NCBI GenBank assembly: GCA_965225945.1
Contig: CBDDBZ010000032.1
Span: forward strand, 265,080 to 329,079
Reading direction: 5' to 3'
Source of the DNA: Alphaproteobacteria bacterium
GTDB taxonomy: Bacteria > Pseudomonadota > Alphaproteobacteria > GCA-2731375
Length of the DNA: 64,000 nt
The notes under the pieces are model-generated. The model was not told the origin of the DNA and made no database searches. It worked only from the letters and a program-made list of their open reading frames with translations. Both the position numbers and the translations under genes were made by a program. Shown here one piece after another: positions 52,294-61,656 of this stretch; the first letter of the stretch is position 1; each line of letters begins with the position of its first letter.

Positions 52294-55055
52294 ACGATCT
52301 GACCCTGGCGCGCGCCGAGGCGGCGCTCTGCCTCCTGGTCAACGGCGAGGCCCGCGAGGTCCGGGCGCCGGGCGAGGAGCGGTTGAGCCGCGTGCTACGC
52401 GATTCGCTGGGGCTTACCGGCACCAAAGTCGGTTGCGATGCGGGCGACTGCGGCGCCTGCACGGTCCTGGTCGATGGCGCGCAGGTCTGTGCCTGCCTCG
52501 TCGCCGTCGGCCAGGTCGAGGGCCTTTCCATCCTCACCGTGGAAAGCGACGATGCCCTATTGGACCGGCTGAAAGCATCGTTCCTGGCGCGCGGCGCGGC
52601 ACAATGCGGGATCTGCACCCCGGGCATGTTGATGGCGGCCCGCGCGCTGCTGCAAGCGACGCCGACACCGACCGCTCGGCAGGCCCGCGACGCCTTGGGC
52701 GGCGTGCTCTGTCGCTGCACCGGCTACGTCAAGATCGTCGAGGCGGTGCTCGACGCCGGCCAGCCGGCGCCGGATTGGGAGCCGGAAATCGGTCGTGCCG
52801 TCGGCTTTTCCATGGCCAAGGTCGACGGCCGCGCCAAGGTCGACGGCACCGAGCGGTTCGGCGCGGACGAAGCACCGGCGGACGCGCTCTGGCTTCGCGT
52901 CGTCCGCTCGCCCCACGCCCGAGCCCGCTTCACCCTCGGTGATCTGGAAGCGTTCCGCGAGGCGCATCCGGGTCTGGAGCGCATTTTGAGCAGCTCCGAC
53001 ATCCCCGGCGGCAACGCTTATGGCGTCTACCCTGATCTCAAGGATCAGTCCGTATTGGCCGACGGCATCACCCGGCATCGGGGCGAGGCGGTGCTCGCGC
53101 TCGTCGGCGAGCAGGAGGCGGTGGAGGCGATCGAGGTCGACGACCTGCCGATCGAGTGGACGCCGGAGCCGGCAGTCATTGGCATCGAGGCGGCCTCGGC
53201 CGGCGACGGCGCGCCGGTGCACGAGCGCCTGCCCGACAACGTGCTGGCACGGGGGCGGTTGGCGAAGGGAGATGTCGATTCCGGTTTCGCCGAAGCCGAC
53301 GTCGAGTGCGAGGTATCGATCGAGACCCCCTTCGTCGAACACGCCTATATCGAGCCGGAGGCGGGATACGCCGTACCTGTCGAGGGCGCGGAGTCCGAGC
53401 TCCACATCCACGCCTGCACCCAGGCGCCCTACATGGACCGCGACAGCGTGGCCGGAATTCTCGCCATCGCGCCGGAGCGCGTGCGGATCCGGCCGAGCGC
53501 GTGTGGCGGCGGCTTCGGCGGCAAGCTCGACCTCTCGGTGGAGCCGCTGCTGGCGGTCGCCGCATGGACGACCGGGCGGGCGGTGCGGTGCGTCTGGACC
53601 CGGCCGGAAAGCATGGCGGCGAGCCCCAAGCGTCATCCGACGCGGATCACAGCCCGGCTCGGTGCCGCGTCCGACGGGCGTCTGCTCGCTTTCGCCTTCG
53701 AGGGCGACTTCAACACCGGCGCCTATGCCTCCTGGGGCCCGACGGTGGCCGACCGCGTGCCGGTGCACGCCAGTGGGCCCTACCGCGTGGAACACGTCCG
53801 CAACCTCTCCCGGGCTCTCCATACCAACGAGCCGCCGGCCGGCGCCTTCCGGGGCTTCGGCGTGCCACAGGCGGCGATCGCCCAGGAAGCGGTGTTGGAC
53901 GACGTCGCCTATTCGCTCGGCATGGATCGGTGGGAGATCCGTCGGCGGAACGCCTTCCGCCGGGGCGATGCGACGCCGAGCGGCCAGGTGTTGGCCGCGA
54001 GTTGCGGGCTGGTCGAATGCCTCGACGCGGTGGCGGCGGACTGGGATGCGATGCTGGCGCGGGTGGCGGCGGCGAACGCGGCCGGCGGCGAGCAACGCCA
54101 CGGCGCCGGCATCGGCTGCATGTGGTACGGCTGCGGCAACACCGCCCTCTCCAACCCCTCGTCGATGCGCTTGACGCTCAATTCCGCGGGGCGGGTCACG
54201 CTGTTCTCCGGCGCGGTCGATATCGGCCAGGGGGTCAACACCATCCTGATCCAGATCGTCGCCGACGCGCTTCGTCTGCCGGCCCGCGACATCGCCCTCG
54301 TCGCCGGCGATACGGCGCTGACGGAAGACGCGGGCAAGACCTCGGCCTCGCGCCAGACCTTCGTCTCGGGCAAGGCGGCGGAGCTTGCCGCTCTCGATTT
54401 GCGCGCTCGGATTCTGGCGCTCGCCAACGTCGGGGCGGACGCCTCCCTCCGGCTCGACGGCGCGCGCGTGGTGGTGGCGGAAGGCGGTGTCCGCCGCGCG
54501 ATCGACCTCGCCCGGCTGGCCAGCGACGACGAGATTGTGCTCGAGGGGCGGGGCAGCTTCGATCCGCCGACCACGCCGCTCGACGCCGACGGTCAAGGCG
54601 TGCCTTACGCGACCTACGGCTTCGCCGCGCAGATTTGCGAGTTGTCGGTCGATATCGAGCTCGGCACGGTTCGCGTCCGGCGCATCGTCGCGGCCCACGA
54701 CGTCGGCGGCGCGATCAATCCGACCCTGATCGAGGGTCAGATCGAGGGCGGCATCGCCCAGGGCCTGGGCCTGGCATTGATGGAAGAATTTTTGCCGGGC
54801 CGGACCGAGAACCTGCACGACTATCTGATCCCGACCATCGGCGACATGCCGGAGATCGACATTCGCCTGATCGAGGATCCCGAACCGCTCGGACCCCGCG
54901 GCGCCAAGGGCATCGGCGAGCCCGCGCTGGTGCCGACGGCGCCGGCGATCCTGGGTGCCATTCGCCACGCCATCGGCGCGCCGATCCGGCGCCTGCCGGC
55001 GCTGCCGCATCGCGTGCGCGAGGCGACCCTGCGGGCGAGGGAGAGGAAGCCATGA
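52290..55055 (+). CDS. Fused 2Fe-2S/Moco hydroxylase subunit (nicotinate dehydrogenase-like)
   Basis: GTKVGCDAGDCGACT, QCGICTPG, LCRCTGY, GGGFGGK, AFRGFG, GAKGIGE. Confidence 0.88.
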   Translation: MNDLTLARAEAALCLLVNGEAREVRAPGEERLSRVLRDSLGLTGTKVGCDAGDCGACTVLVDGAQVCACLVAVGQVEGLSILTVESDDALLDRLKASFLARGAAQCGICTPGMLMAARALLQATPTPTARQARDALGGVLCRCTGYVKIVEAVLDAGQPAPDWEPEIGRAVGFSMAKVDGRAKVDGTERFGADEAPADALWLRVVRSPHARARFTLGDLEAFREAHPGLERILSSSDIPGGNAYGVYPDLKDQSVLADGITRHRGEAVLALVGEQEAVEAIEVDDLPIEWTPEPAVIGIEAASAGDGAPVHERLPDNVLARGRLAKGDVDSGFAEADVECEVSIETPFVEHAYIEPEAGYAVPVEGAESELHIHACTQAPYMDRDSVAGILAIAPERVRIRPSACGGGFGGKLDLSVEPLLAVAAWTTGRAVRCVWTRPESMAASPKRHPTRITARLGAASDGRLLAFAFEGDFNTGAYASWGPTVADRVPVHASGPYRVEHVRNLSRALHTNEPPAGAFRGFGVPQAAIAQEAVLDDVAYSLGMDRWEIRRRNAFRRGDATPSGQVLAASCGLVECLDAVAADWDAMLARVAAANAAGGEQRHGAGIGCMWYGCGNTALSNPSSMRLTLNSAGRVTLFSGAVDIGQGVNTILIQIVADALRLPARDIALVAGDTALTEDAGKTSASRQTFVSGKAAELAALDLRARILALANVGADASLRLDGARVVVAEGGVRRAIDLARLASDDEIVLEGRGSFDPPTTPLDADGQGVPYATYGFAAQICELSVDIELGTVRVRRIVAAHDVGGAINPTLIEGQIEGGIAQGLGLALMEEFLPGRTENLHDYLIPTIGDMPEIDIRLIEDPEPLGPRGAKGIGEPALVPTAPAILGAIRHAIGAPIRRLPALPHRVREATLRARERKP

Positions 55056-56575
55056 GCACGACCGAGACGCCGGGGCCGGATGCCATCCCCGACCGCACCG
55101 AGATGTTCGGCGCCCGCGAGGGCGACGAGGGGATCATCCGCTGCGATGCCTGCCCCGTGCTCTGCCGCATTCGGCCGGGGCGGAGCGGCGCCTGCTCGCG
55201 TTACGCCAACCGTGACGGCCAGCTCGTACGCACCGACAATCTGGTGTTGAGCCACCGAACGGTGGCGGAGAGCAGTCCCATGGTGCGCTTCCTCGAAAGC
55301 GGCGAGGACTGGGACGGCGCGCTGCTCAGGCCGGCCGAGACCTTTGTCACCGGGATCGGCGCCGGCACCACCTATCCCGACTACAAGCCCGCGCCCTTCA
55401 TCGTCGGCGCCGAGCACGACGGCGTCGATACCGTGAGCGTGGTGACCGAGGCGATCTTCAGCTACTGCGGCGTCAAGGTTAAGATCGACACCGATCGCCA
55501 TCTCGGGCCCGAGACCGCGACCATCCGCGCCGAGGGCGAGCCGGTGGGCCACGTCACCACGGCGGAATACGGCTCGGCGATGCTCTCGCTCGGCGGCGTC
55601 CGCCATCTGACCGGCGGGGCTAAGCGGGAGGGCATGGTCACCTGCGAAACCTTGCTGGCGCTCTGCGGCAAGGAAGCGGTGGCGCTGGAGATCGACGGTG
55701 GCGCCAAACTGGTGCTCCAGGCCGGCCGGGCACCGATCGTCGACGGCACGACGGAGGAGCGCATGCGGGTCGGCTGCGGTTCCGCCGCCATCGGCATCTT
55801 CGCCCGGCAGTGGTTCGGCGAGGTCGACGAGGTGATCGTCGTCGACGACCACATCACCGGCGTGTTGAGCGAGCATCAGGCAGGCAAGACCCTCGACATG
55901 CCGGCGAGTGGGATCCGCGTGCGCGGACGGCGCTCGACCCCCGGGCGCTACTTCCAGGTCGCCGAGCCGGGCGCCGGCTGGGGCGGGACCGACGTCACCG
56001 ATCCGCTGAGCATAATCGAAAGGATCGACCCCGCCCTCGCTTGGCCCGGCCTCAGACTGCTGATGGTCAGCACAACCGGCGAGGACTCGCTCTATTGCGT
56101 GTTGGACGAGGATTGCCGCCCGGTGCCCGAGGCGATGCCGGAATTGGTGGCCGACGTGGTCGGCCGAATCGGCGAGAACTGCGAGCCCGCGCTCGCGACC
56201 GTGCTGTTCATGGCCGGCGCCGGCGGCTCGCTCCGTGCCGGGGCGACGCGCAATCCGGTGCGGCTGACGCGGGCGATCGCGAACGGCCGGGCCAAGGTGA
56301 CGCTCGGTGGGGCGCCGGCCTACGTCTGGCCCGGTGGCGGCATCACGGTGATGGTGAACGTCCTCGATCTGCCGGACGGCGCCTTCGGCTACGTGCCGAC
56401 GCCTGCACTGGTGGCACCGCTGGAATTCACCATGCCGCGTGACCTCTACGCCGAGAGCGGCGGCCATCTCGATTCCATCGTGCCGGTCGCGGAGGTGATC
56501 GAGAGTTATGCGCGGGCTGCCCGGATCGAGCCCTGGCGCGAGGCCAATCCCTGGCCATATGGGAGGCCGCAATGA
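55052..56575 (+). CDS. 6-hydroxynicotinate reductase
   Basis: CDACPVLCRI..GAC.RYAN, GAGTTYPDYKPAPFI, TEAIFSYCG, MRVGCGSA, VDDHITG, YVWPGGGIT. Confidence 0.85.
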   Translation: MSTTETPGPDAIPDRTEMFGAREGDEGIIRCDACPVLCRIRPGRSGACSRYANRDGQLVRTDNLVLSHRTVAESSPMVRFLESGEDWDGALLRPAETFVTGIGAGTTYPDYKPAPFIVGAEHDGVDTVSVVTEAIFSYCGVKVKIDTDRHLGPETATIRAEGEPVGHVTTAEYGSAMLSLGGVRHLTGGAKREGMVTCETLLALCGKEAVALEIDGGAKLVLQAGRAPIVDGTTEERMRVGCGSAAIGIFARQWFGEVDEVIVVDDHITGVLSEHQAGKTLDMPASGIRVRGRRSTPGRYFQVAEPGAGWGGTDVTDPLSIIERIDPALAWPGLRLLMVSTTGEDSLYCVLDEDCRPVPEAMPELVADVVGRIGENCEPALATVLFMAGAGGSLRAGATRNPVRLTRAIANGRAKVTLGGAPAYVWPGGGITVMVNVLDLPDGAFGYVPTPALVAPLEFTMPRDLYAESGGHLDSIVPVAEVIESYARAARIEPWREANPWPYGRPQ

Positions 56576-57033
56576 ACGACGGCGCCGTTTCCACGCCCCG
56601 CGCGCCGCTGGCCACGGACGAGTCCTACCGGGTCGAGGCGCAGATCGGCTTCCTCCTGCGTAAGGCGCATCAGCGGGCGAGCGAGATTTTCCACCAGGTG
56701 ATGGCGCGCCACGACGTGACGCCGACCCAGTTCACCACCCTGGTCAAGCTGGCCGATGTCGGCGAGACCTCGCAGAACCAGCTGGGTCGCCTCGTCGCCA
56801 CCGACCCAGCGACGACGCTGGGCGTGGTCGGCCGGCTCGGCCAGCGCGGTCTGATCGAGCTGCGCTCCGACCCCGCCGACCGCCGCCGCCGGCTGTTGCG
56901 GCTGAGCAAGACCGGCGCGCGGCTGGTGGGGGAGATGACGGCGCATGCCGCCGAGGTCTCGTCGCGGACCCTGGCGCCGCTCTCGGAGGACGAACGGCGT
57001 TGCCTGCTGCGCCTGCTCCGGGCGATCGGCTGA
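56572..57033 (+). CDS. MarR family regulator
   Basis: QIGFLLRKAHQRA, TPTQF, SQNQLGR, DRRR. Confidence 0.9.
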   Translation: MNDGAVSTPRAPLATDESYRVEAQIGFLLRKAHQRASEIFHQVMARHDVTPTQFTTLVKLADVGETSQNQLGRLVATDPATTLGVVGRLGQRGLIELRSDPADRRRRLLRLSKTGARLVGEMTAHAAEVSSRTLAPLSEDERRCLLRLLRAIG

Positions 57034-57038
57034 GGCGC

Positions 57039-57890
57039 GTGGCCGGCGGGGCGACGGCGCGGCTGCTGGCGGGCGAGCGCCGCCTGCATCTCAATCACGG
57101 GCCGATCGATATCGTACTGGAGGCCGAGGGCGAGGCGGCGGCGGTGGAACGCTGCCACGCTATAGTTCGACGGCGATTTCGTTCCGTGCTGGCGGAGCTG
57201 GTGGCGGAACTGCCGCTGCTGCGGCGCCCCTTTGCGCCGGCGGCGGTGCCCGGTGGCGAAATCGCCCGGCGCATGCATGCCGCCGTAGCCCCCTTCGCCG
57301 ACCGCTTCGTCACGCCCATGGCGGCGGTCGCCGGCGCCGTCGCCGACGAGATCGCGGACCTGGCCTGGGAGGCCGGGGAGTTCGACAAGCTCTACGTCAA
57401 CAACGGCGGCGACATCGCCTTTCGGCTGCGGCCGGGAATCCGCTTCTCGGTCGGCCTGCTGCCGATACGAGGCGAACGGCGCGAGGAAATCCATCTGGCC
57501 GGCCGTGTCGAGCTTAGCGCCGAGGATGGCGTCGGTGGCGTGGCGACCTCGGGCTGGCGTGGCCGATCGCTCTCGCTCGGCGTCGCTGACGCGGTGACCG
57601 TGCTGGCCGCGACCGCCGCGCGGGCGGACGCGGCGGCGACGGTGATCGCCAGCGCCGTCGACGTCGAGAGCCCGGCCATCACGCGGCGCCCGGCCCGGGA
57701 GATCGATCCCGACAGCGACCTCGGGAATTGTCTCGTCACCGTCGAGGTCGGCGGTTTGAGCGAGGCGGAGTGCTGCGCGGCACTCGCCCGGGGAGGGGAG
57801 CTCGCGCGCGCGGCACTCGGGCGGGGCGACGTCGCCGGCGTCTCGCTGGCGCTACGGGGGCGGGTCGAGGTATTGGGCTTGGCGCCCTGA
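57039..57890 (+). CDS. UPF0280 / ApbE-like protein
   Basis: LNHGPIDI, TPMAAVAGAVAD, VNNGGDIA, ATSGWRGRSLSLG.AD. Confidence 0.88.
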   Translation: MAGGATARLLAGERRLHLNHGPIDIVLEAEGEAAAVERCHAIVRRRFRSVLAELVAELPLLRRPFAPAAVPGGEIARRMHAAVAPFADRFVTPMAAVAGAVADEIADLAWEAGEFDKLYVNNGGDIAFRLRPGIRFSVGLLPIRGERREEIHLAGRVELSAEDGVGGVATSGWRGRSLSLGVADAVTVLAATAARADAAATVIASAVDVESPAITRRPAREIDPDSDLGNCLVTVEVGGLSEAECCAALARGGELARAALGRGDVAGVSLALRGRVEVLGLAP

Positions 57891-58010
57891 GGATCGCCAC
57901 GGTTCGGTTTTCCATTGGCTGCTATCGCCCTGGAGCTGTCTTTTGGGGTAGGGAGGTGGCGGTCCGTTGAAGACATCGAAGGCATTGATCCCTAACCAAG
58001 GAGGGAGGCC

Positions 58011-58844
58011 GTGGACAAGGTGGAAGCGGAGGCGAGCGCGTTCGCCGACCAGGGGTTGACGCTCGTCACGACCTATGGGCTGAAGGTCGTGGGCGCGATC
58101 GCCATCCTGGTCATTGGCATCTACGTCGCCGGCTGGGCGGCGCGCGCGACGAATCGGGCGCTCGATCGGCTCGACAGGATCGACCTGATGCTCCGGCGTT
58201 TCTTTTCCAGCTCGGTCCGCTATCTGATCCTGGCGCTCACCGGTCTCATCGTGCTTTCTCAGTTCGGGGTGCAGACGGCGAGCCTGATTACGTTGCTGGG
58301 TGCCGCAGCCCTCGCCATCGGCCTGGCGCTGCAGGGTACCCTTTCCAGCGTCGCCGCCGGCGTCATGTTGTTGCTGTTTCGCCTGGTCCGGGTGGGCGAC
58401 TACGTCGAGGTGGCGGGACATTCGGGCACGGTGCGGGCGGTGACGCTCTTCGTCACCGAGCTCGACACCTCCGACAATGTCCACGTCGTCATCCCCAACG
58501 CCCAGGTCTGGGGTGCCGCGGTCAAGAACTACAGCTACAACGACACGCGACGCTGCGACCTGGTGATCGGTGTTGCCTACGAGGCCGATATCGATTCCGC
58601 GATGGCGGTGATCAACGGCGTGATCGCCGCCGACGACCGAGCCATGGACGAGCCGGAACCGCTGGTCGCGGTCACCGCGCTCGGCGACAGCGCGGTCGAC
58701 ATCACCGTCAGGGTTTGGAGCCAGGCCTCGGACCTCTGGTCGATGCGCTTGGACCTGATCAGGAACATCAAGCTGGCCTTGGACGCGGCCGGAATCTCGA
58801 TTCCCTATCCGCAACGCACGGTGCATTTGGTCAAGGACGACTAA
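58011..58844 (+). CDS. mscS: Small-conductance mechanosensitive channel
   Basis: LAIGLALQGTLS, VGDYVE, IPNAQVW, GISIPYPQR. Confidence 0.92.
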   Translation: MDKVEAEASAFADQGLTLVTTYGLKVVGAIAILVIGIYVAGWAARATNRALDRLDRIDLMLRRFFSSSVRYLILALTGLIVLSQFGVQTASLITLLGAAALAIGLALQGTLSSVAAGVMLLLFRLVRVGDYVEVAGHSGTVRAVTLFVTELDTSDNVHVVIPNAQVWGAAVKNYSYNDTRRCDLVIGVAYEADIDSAMAVINGVIAADDRAMDEPEPLVAVTALGDSAVDITVRVWSQASDLWSMRLDLIRNIKLALDAAGISIPYPQRTVHLVKDD

Positions 58845-58856
58845 ATCGATCGCGTC

Positions 58857-60140
58857 TCAGGCCCAGCGGCGGTCGCCTCGCAATTCGTGCCAGGCGCTCT
58901 CCAACTCGTCCCGGAAGGCGGGCTCGGCGATGGCGATCAGCGCCGCCGCCCGCTCCTGGACCGATTTGTCGCGAAGCTCGGCGACGCCGTGTTCCGTCAC
59001 CACGTGGTCGATGTCGCCGCGCGCGCAGCTCACCACGCCGTCGGTGCCGAGCCGGGGTTTGATCCGCGACACAGCGCCGCGCGCCGCCGTCGATTCGATG
59101 GCGAGGATCGACTTGCCACCCCGCGCCATCCGGGCGCCGCGGACGAAATCCATCAGTCCGCCGGTCCCACTCACCTGCCGCCCGCCCAGCATCTCGGCGT
59201 TGGCCTGGCCCAGCAGGTCGACCTCCAGCACCGAGTTGATCGAGACGAAGCGGTCGATCTCGGCGATCACCCGGGTCTCGTGGGTATAGCCGGCGGGGCG
59301 GTAGAGCACGTCGTCGCGTTCCGCCAACCATTCGTAGAGCCGCCGGGAGCCCAGCGCGCAGCCGCAGACCATGCGGCCCGGCTCCACGGTCTTGCGGGCG
59401 CCGGTCAGCACGCCGCGCTCCACCAGCTCGATGCAGCCGTCGGCGATCATGCCCCCCTGCAGGCCGAGATCGCGCTTGTCGCCCAGCGCGTTCAGGATCG
59501 CGGCGGGCAGCCGGCCGATGCCGATCTGGATCACCGCGCCGTCCTCGACCAGGCCGGCGACGTTCAGGCCGATCCGCTCCGCCACCTCGCCGAGCTCCCC
59601 GGTTTCCAGCGCGATCACCGGGCGGTCGGTTAGAAGCGCGAAGTCGACCCGCGCCACCGGGACCTTGATGCTGCCGGAAATGGCCGGCATCGCCTGATTG
59701 ACCTCGGCCACGACGCATTTGGCGCGGCCCAGCACGGCGGGCTGGAAATCGACCGCGAGTCCGAGCGTGTAGTCGCCGTCCGCGCACCGTGGGCTGGTCT
59801 GGATGAGCGCGAGGTCGACCGGCGGCAGACGCTCCAGGTAGTCGTAGATCGCCCGGTAGGAGGCGGGCACGAGGCGAAGCTTCCCGGCATTGAAGGAGTC
59901 CTCGAACGCGCCATGGACGAAGAAGGCGGTGAGCCGCGCCTCGTCGTGGAAGGCGGCCGGATCGGTGGTGTTGACGCCGGCCAGGAAGCAACCGACGTAG
60001 TGCACCCCCCGGCTCGCCTCCGGCGCCTCGGCCAGCGCGGCCAGAAGGCTCGTCGGCTCGCCGGTCGAGCCCTGGACGAATACCGTCATGCCGGGCCTCA
60101 GCAGGCCGGGAAGGTCCGAGGCCGAGATCGTCTTGGTCAT
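58857..60140 (-). CDS. Acetyl-CoA hydrolase/CoA-transferase family protein
   Basis: AEVN..MP, QIGIG, SINS.LEVDL.GQ.NAE, GTGG..DF, VVTEHG.A.LR. Confidence 0.88.
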   Translation of the reverse strand: MTKTISASDLPGLLRPGMTVFVQGSTGEPTSLLAALAEAPEASRGVHYVGCFLAGVNTTDPAAFHDEARLTAFFVHGAFEDSFNAGKLRLVPASYRAIYDYLERLPPVDLALIQTSPRCADGDYTLGLAVDFQPAVLGRAKCVVAEVNQAMPAISGSIKVPVARVDFALLTDRPVIALETGELGEVAERIGLNVAGLVEDGAVIQIGIGRLPAAILNALGDKRDLGLQGGMIADGCIELVERGVLTGARKTVEPGRMVCGCALGSRRLYEWLAERDDVLYRPAGYTHETRVIAEIDRFVSINSVLEVDLLGQANAEMLGGRQVSGTGGLMDFVRGARMARGGKSILAIESTAARGAVSRIKPRLGTDGVVSCARGDIDHVVTEHGVAELRDKSVQERAAALIAIAEPAFRDELESAWHELRGDRRWA

Positions 60141-60288
60141 GGCCGACCCATTCGGTGTGGCTGGCCGGAACGCCCGGCCATCGCCCGGCCATCGTTGTCG
60201 CCGGGCGGGCGCATGCTAGGATAACGCCCGGGCGAATTCCAAGCCGATGGCGCGCATTCGGAGCGCCGAATTTCGAGACCGATACGCC

Positions 60289-61647
60289 ATGGACGCCATC
60301 TATCCGATCGCCGAGCATGTCGTCGGCACTGGTTTCGAGGATCTGCCCGACGACGTGGTCCGCGCCGCGCGGATCTTCATTCTCGACACCCTCGGCGTCG
60401 GCATCGCCGGCAGCGGGGGGCCGTGGGTCGAGGAGCTGGTGGCGGCCCAGGCACAGTCGGGCCGGGGCGAGGATGCACGGGTCTGGGGCCTCGGCGAGCG
60501 GCTGCCGGCGCCGGCGGCGGCACTCTGCAACGGCTACCAGATCCACAATGCCGAGTTCGACTGCGTGCACGAAGCGGCCGTGATCCACCCGATGACGGTG
60601 CTGCTGGCCGCCACCATGGCGGTCGCCGAGCGCGACGGCGGGGTTTCCGGCAAGGATTTGATGCTGGCCTCGGCGCTGGGCGTCGACGTCGCCTGTCACC
60701 TGGGCGTGGCCACGACCTCGGGCCTCCGTTTCTTTCGCCCGGCGACGGCGGGCGCGCTCGCCGCGGCGGCCGCGATCGGGCGGGTTCGAGGCTTCGACCG
60801 CGACACCCTGATCAACGCCATGAGCATCGCCTATGCCCAGGTCTCGGGCACCATGCAGGCCCACACCGAGGGCTCGATCGTGCTCGGCATGCAGATCGGC
60901 TTCAATGCCCGCAACGCCGTCGTCGCCTGCGATCTGGCGGCGCGCGGACTGGACGGGCCGAAGAATATCATCGAGGGGCCGTTCGGATATTTGAACCTGA
61001 TCGAGAAGGAGCACGACATCGCCGCCGTCCTGCCCGAGCTCGGCAAGACGTGGCGCTTGGCGGAGGTCGCGCACAAGCCCTTCCCCAGCGGGCGGGCGAC
61101 CCACGGCGTCGTCGACGCGGTGATGGAGCTGCAAGCCGAGCACGGCTTCGCCGCCGGCGACGTCGAGCACGTGAGAGCCCGAGTGCCTTCGCTGACACAT
61201 CACTTGGTGGGCCGGCCGGCCAGTGACGACATGATCGCGAACTACGCTCGCCTCTGTGTCCGCTACGTCGCCGCCCGGATCCTGATCAAGGGCGCGATCG
61301 GGGTGGAGGACTTCGAGGAAGCGACACTGCGCGACGCCGCCTCGCTGGCGCTGGCCCGGCGCTTCGATATCGAAATCGACGACAACCCCGATCCCAACGC
61401 GCTGCATCCGGTCGAGGTCGAGATGACCTTGAAGGGCGGGCGCAAGCTCCAGCGTCGCATCGAGACCGTCTACGGCAACCCGGCCAAGCCGATGACGCGC
61501 GACGCGCATCTCGACAAGTTCCGCCGCAACTGGCGGGCCGCCGTCCGGCCGCTCGACCCGGCGGACGGGGAGGAGATGATTCGCCGCGTCGAAGCGCTCG
61601 AAGCCGAAAGCGACGTCGGCCGCCTGGTCGATCTGATGGTGCCCTGA
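60289..61647 (+). CDS. MmgE/PrpD family protein
   Basis: LDTLGVG, EFDCVH...HP, HKPFPSGRATH, GNPAKPMT..KF. Confidence 0.88.
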   Translation: MDAIYPIAEHVVGTGFEDLPDDVVRAARIFILDTLGVGIAGSGGPWVEELVAAQAQSGRGEDARVWGLGERLPAPAAALCNGYQIHNAEFDCVHEAAVIHPMTVLLAATMAVAERDGGVSGKDLMLASALGVDVACHLGVATTSGLRFFRPATAGALAAAAAIGRVRGFDRDTLINAMSIAYAQVSGTMQAHTEGSIVLGMQIGFNARNAVVACDLAARGLDGPKNIIEGPFGYLNLIEKEHDIAAVLPELGKTWRLAEVAHKPFPSGRATHGVVDAVMELQAEHGFAAGDVEHVRARVPSLTHHLVGRPASDDMIANYARLCVRYVAARILIKGAIGVEDFEEATLRDAASLALARRFDIEIDDNPDPNALHPVEVEMTLKGGRKLQRRIETVYGNPAKPMTRDAHLDKFRRNWRAAVRPLDPADGEEMIRRVEALEAESDVGRLVDLMVP

Positions 61648-61656
61648 GGCGCCGTC

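Noticed and set aside
53156-55051. N-terminal extensions of the reductase, soxA, epoxide hydrolase and Moco ORFs in the ORF track
   Set aside because: They overlap upstream genes out of frame; the true starts are at the coupled or adjacent downstream start codons
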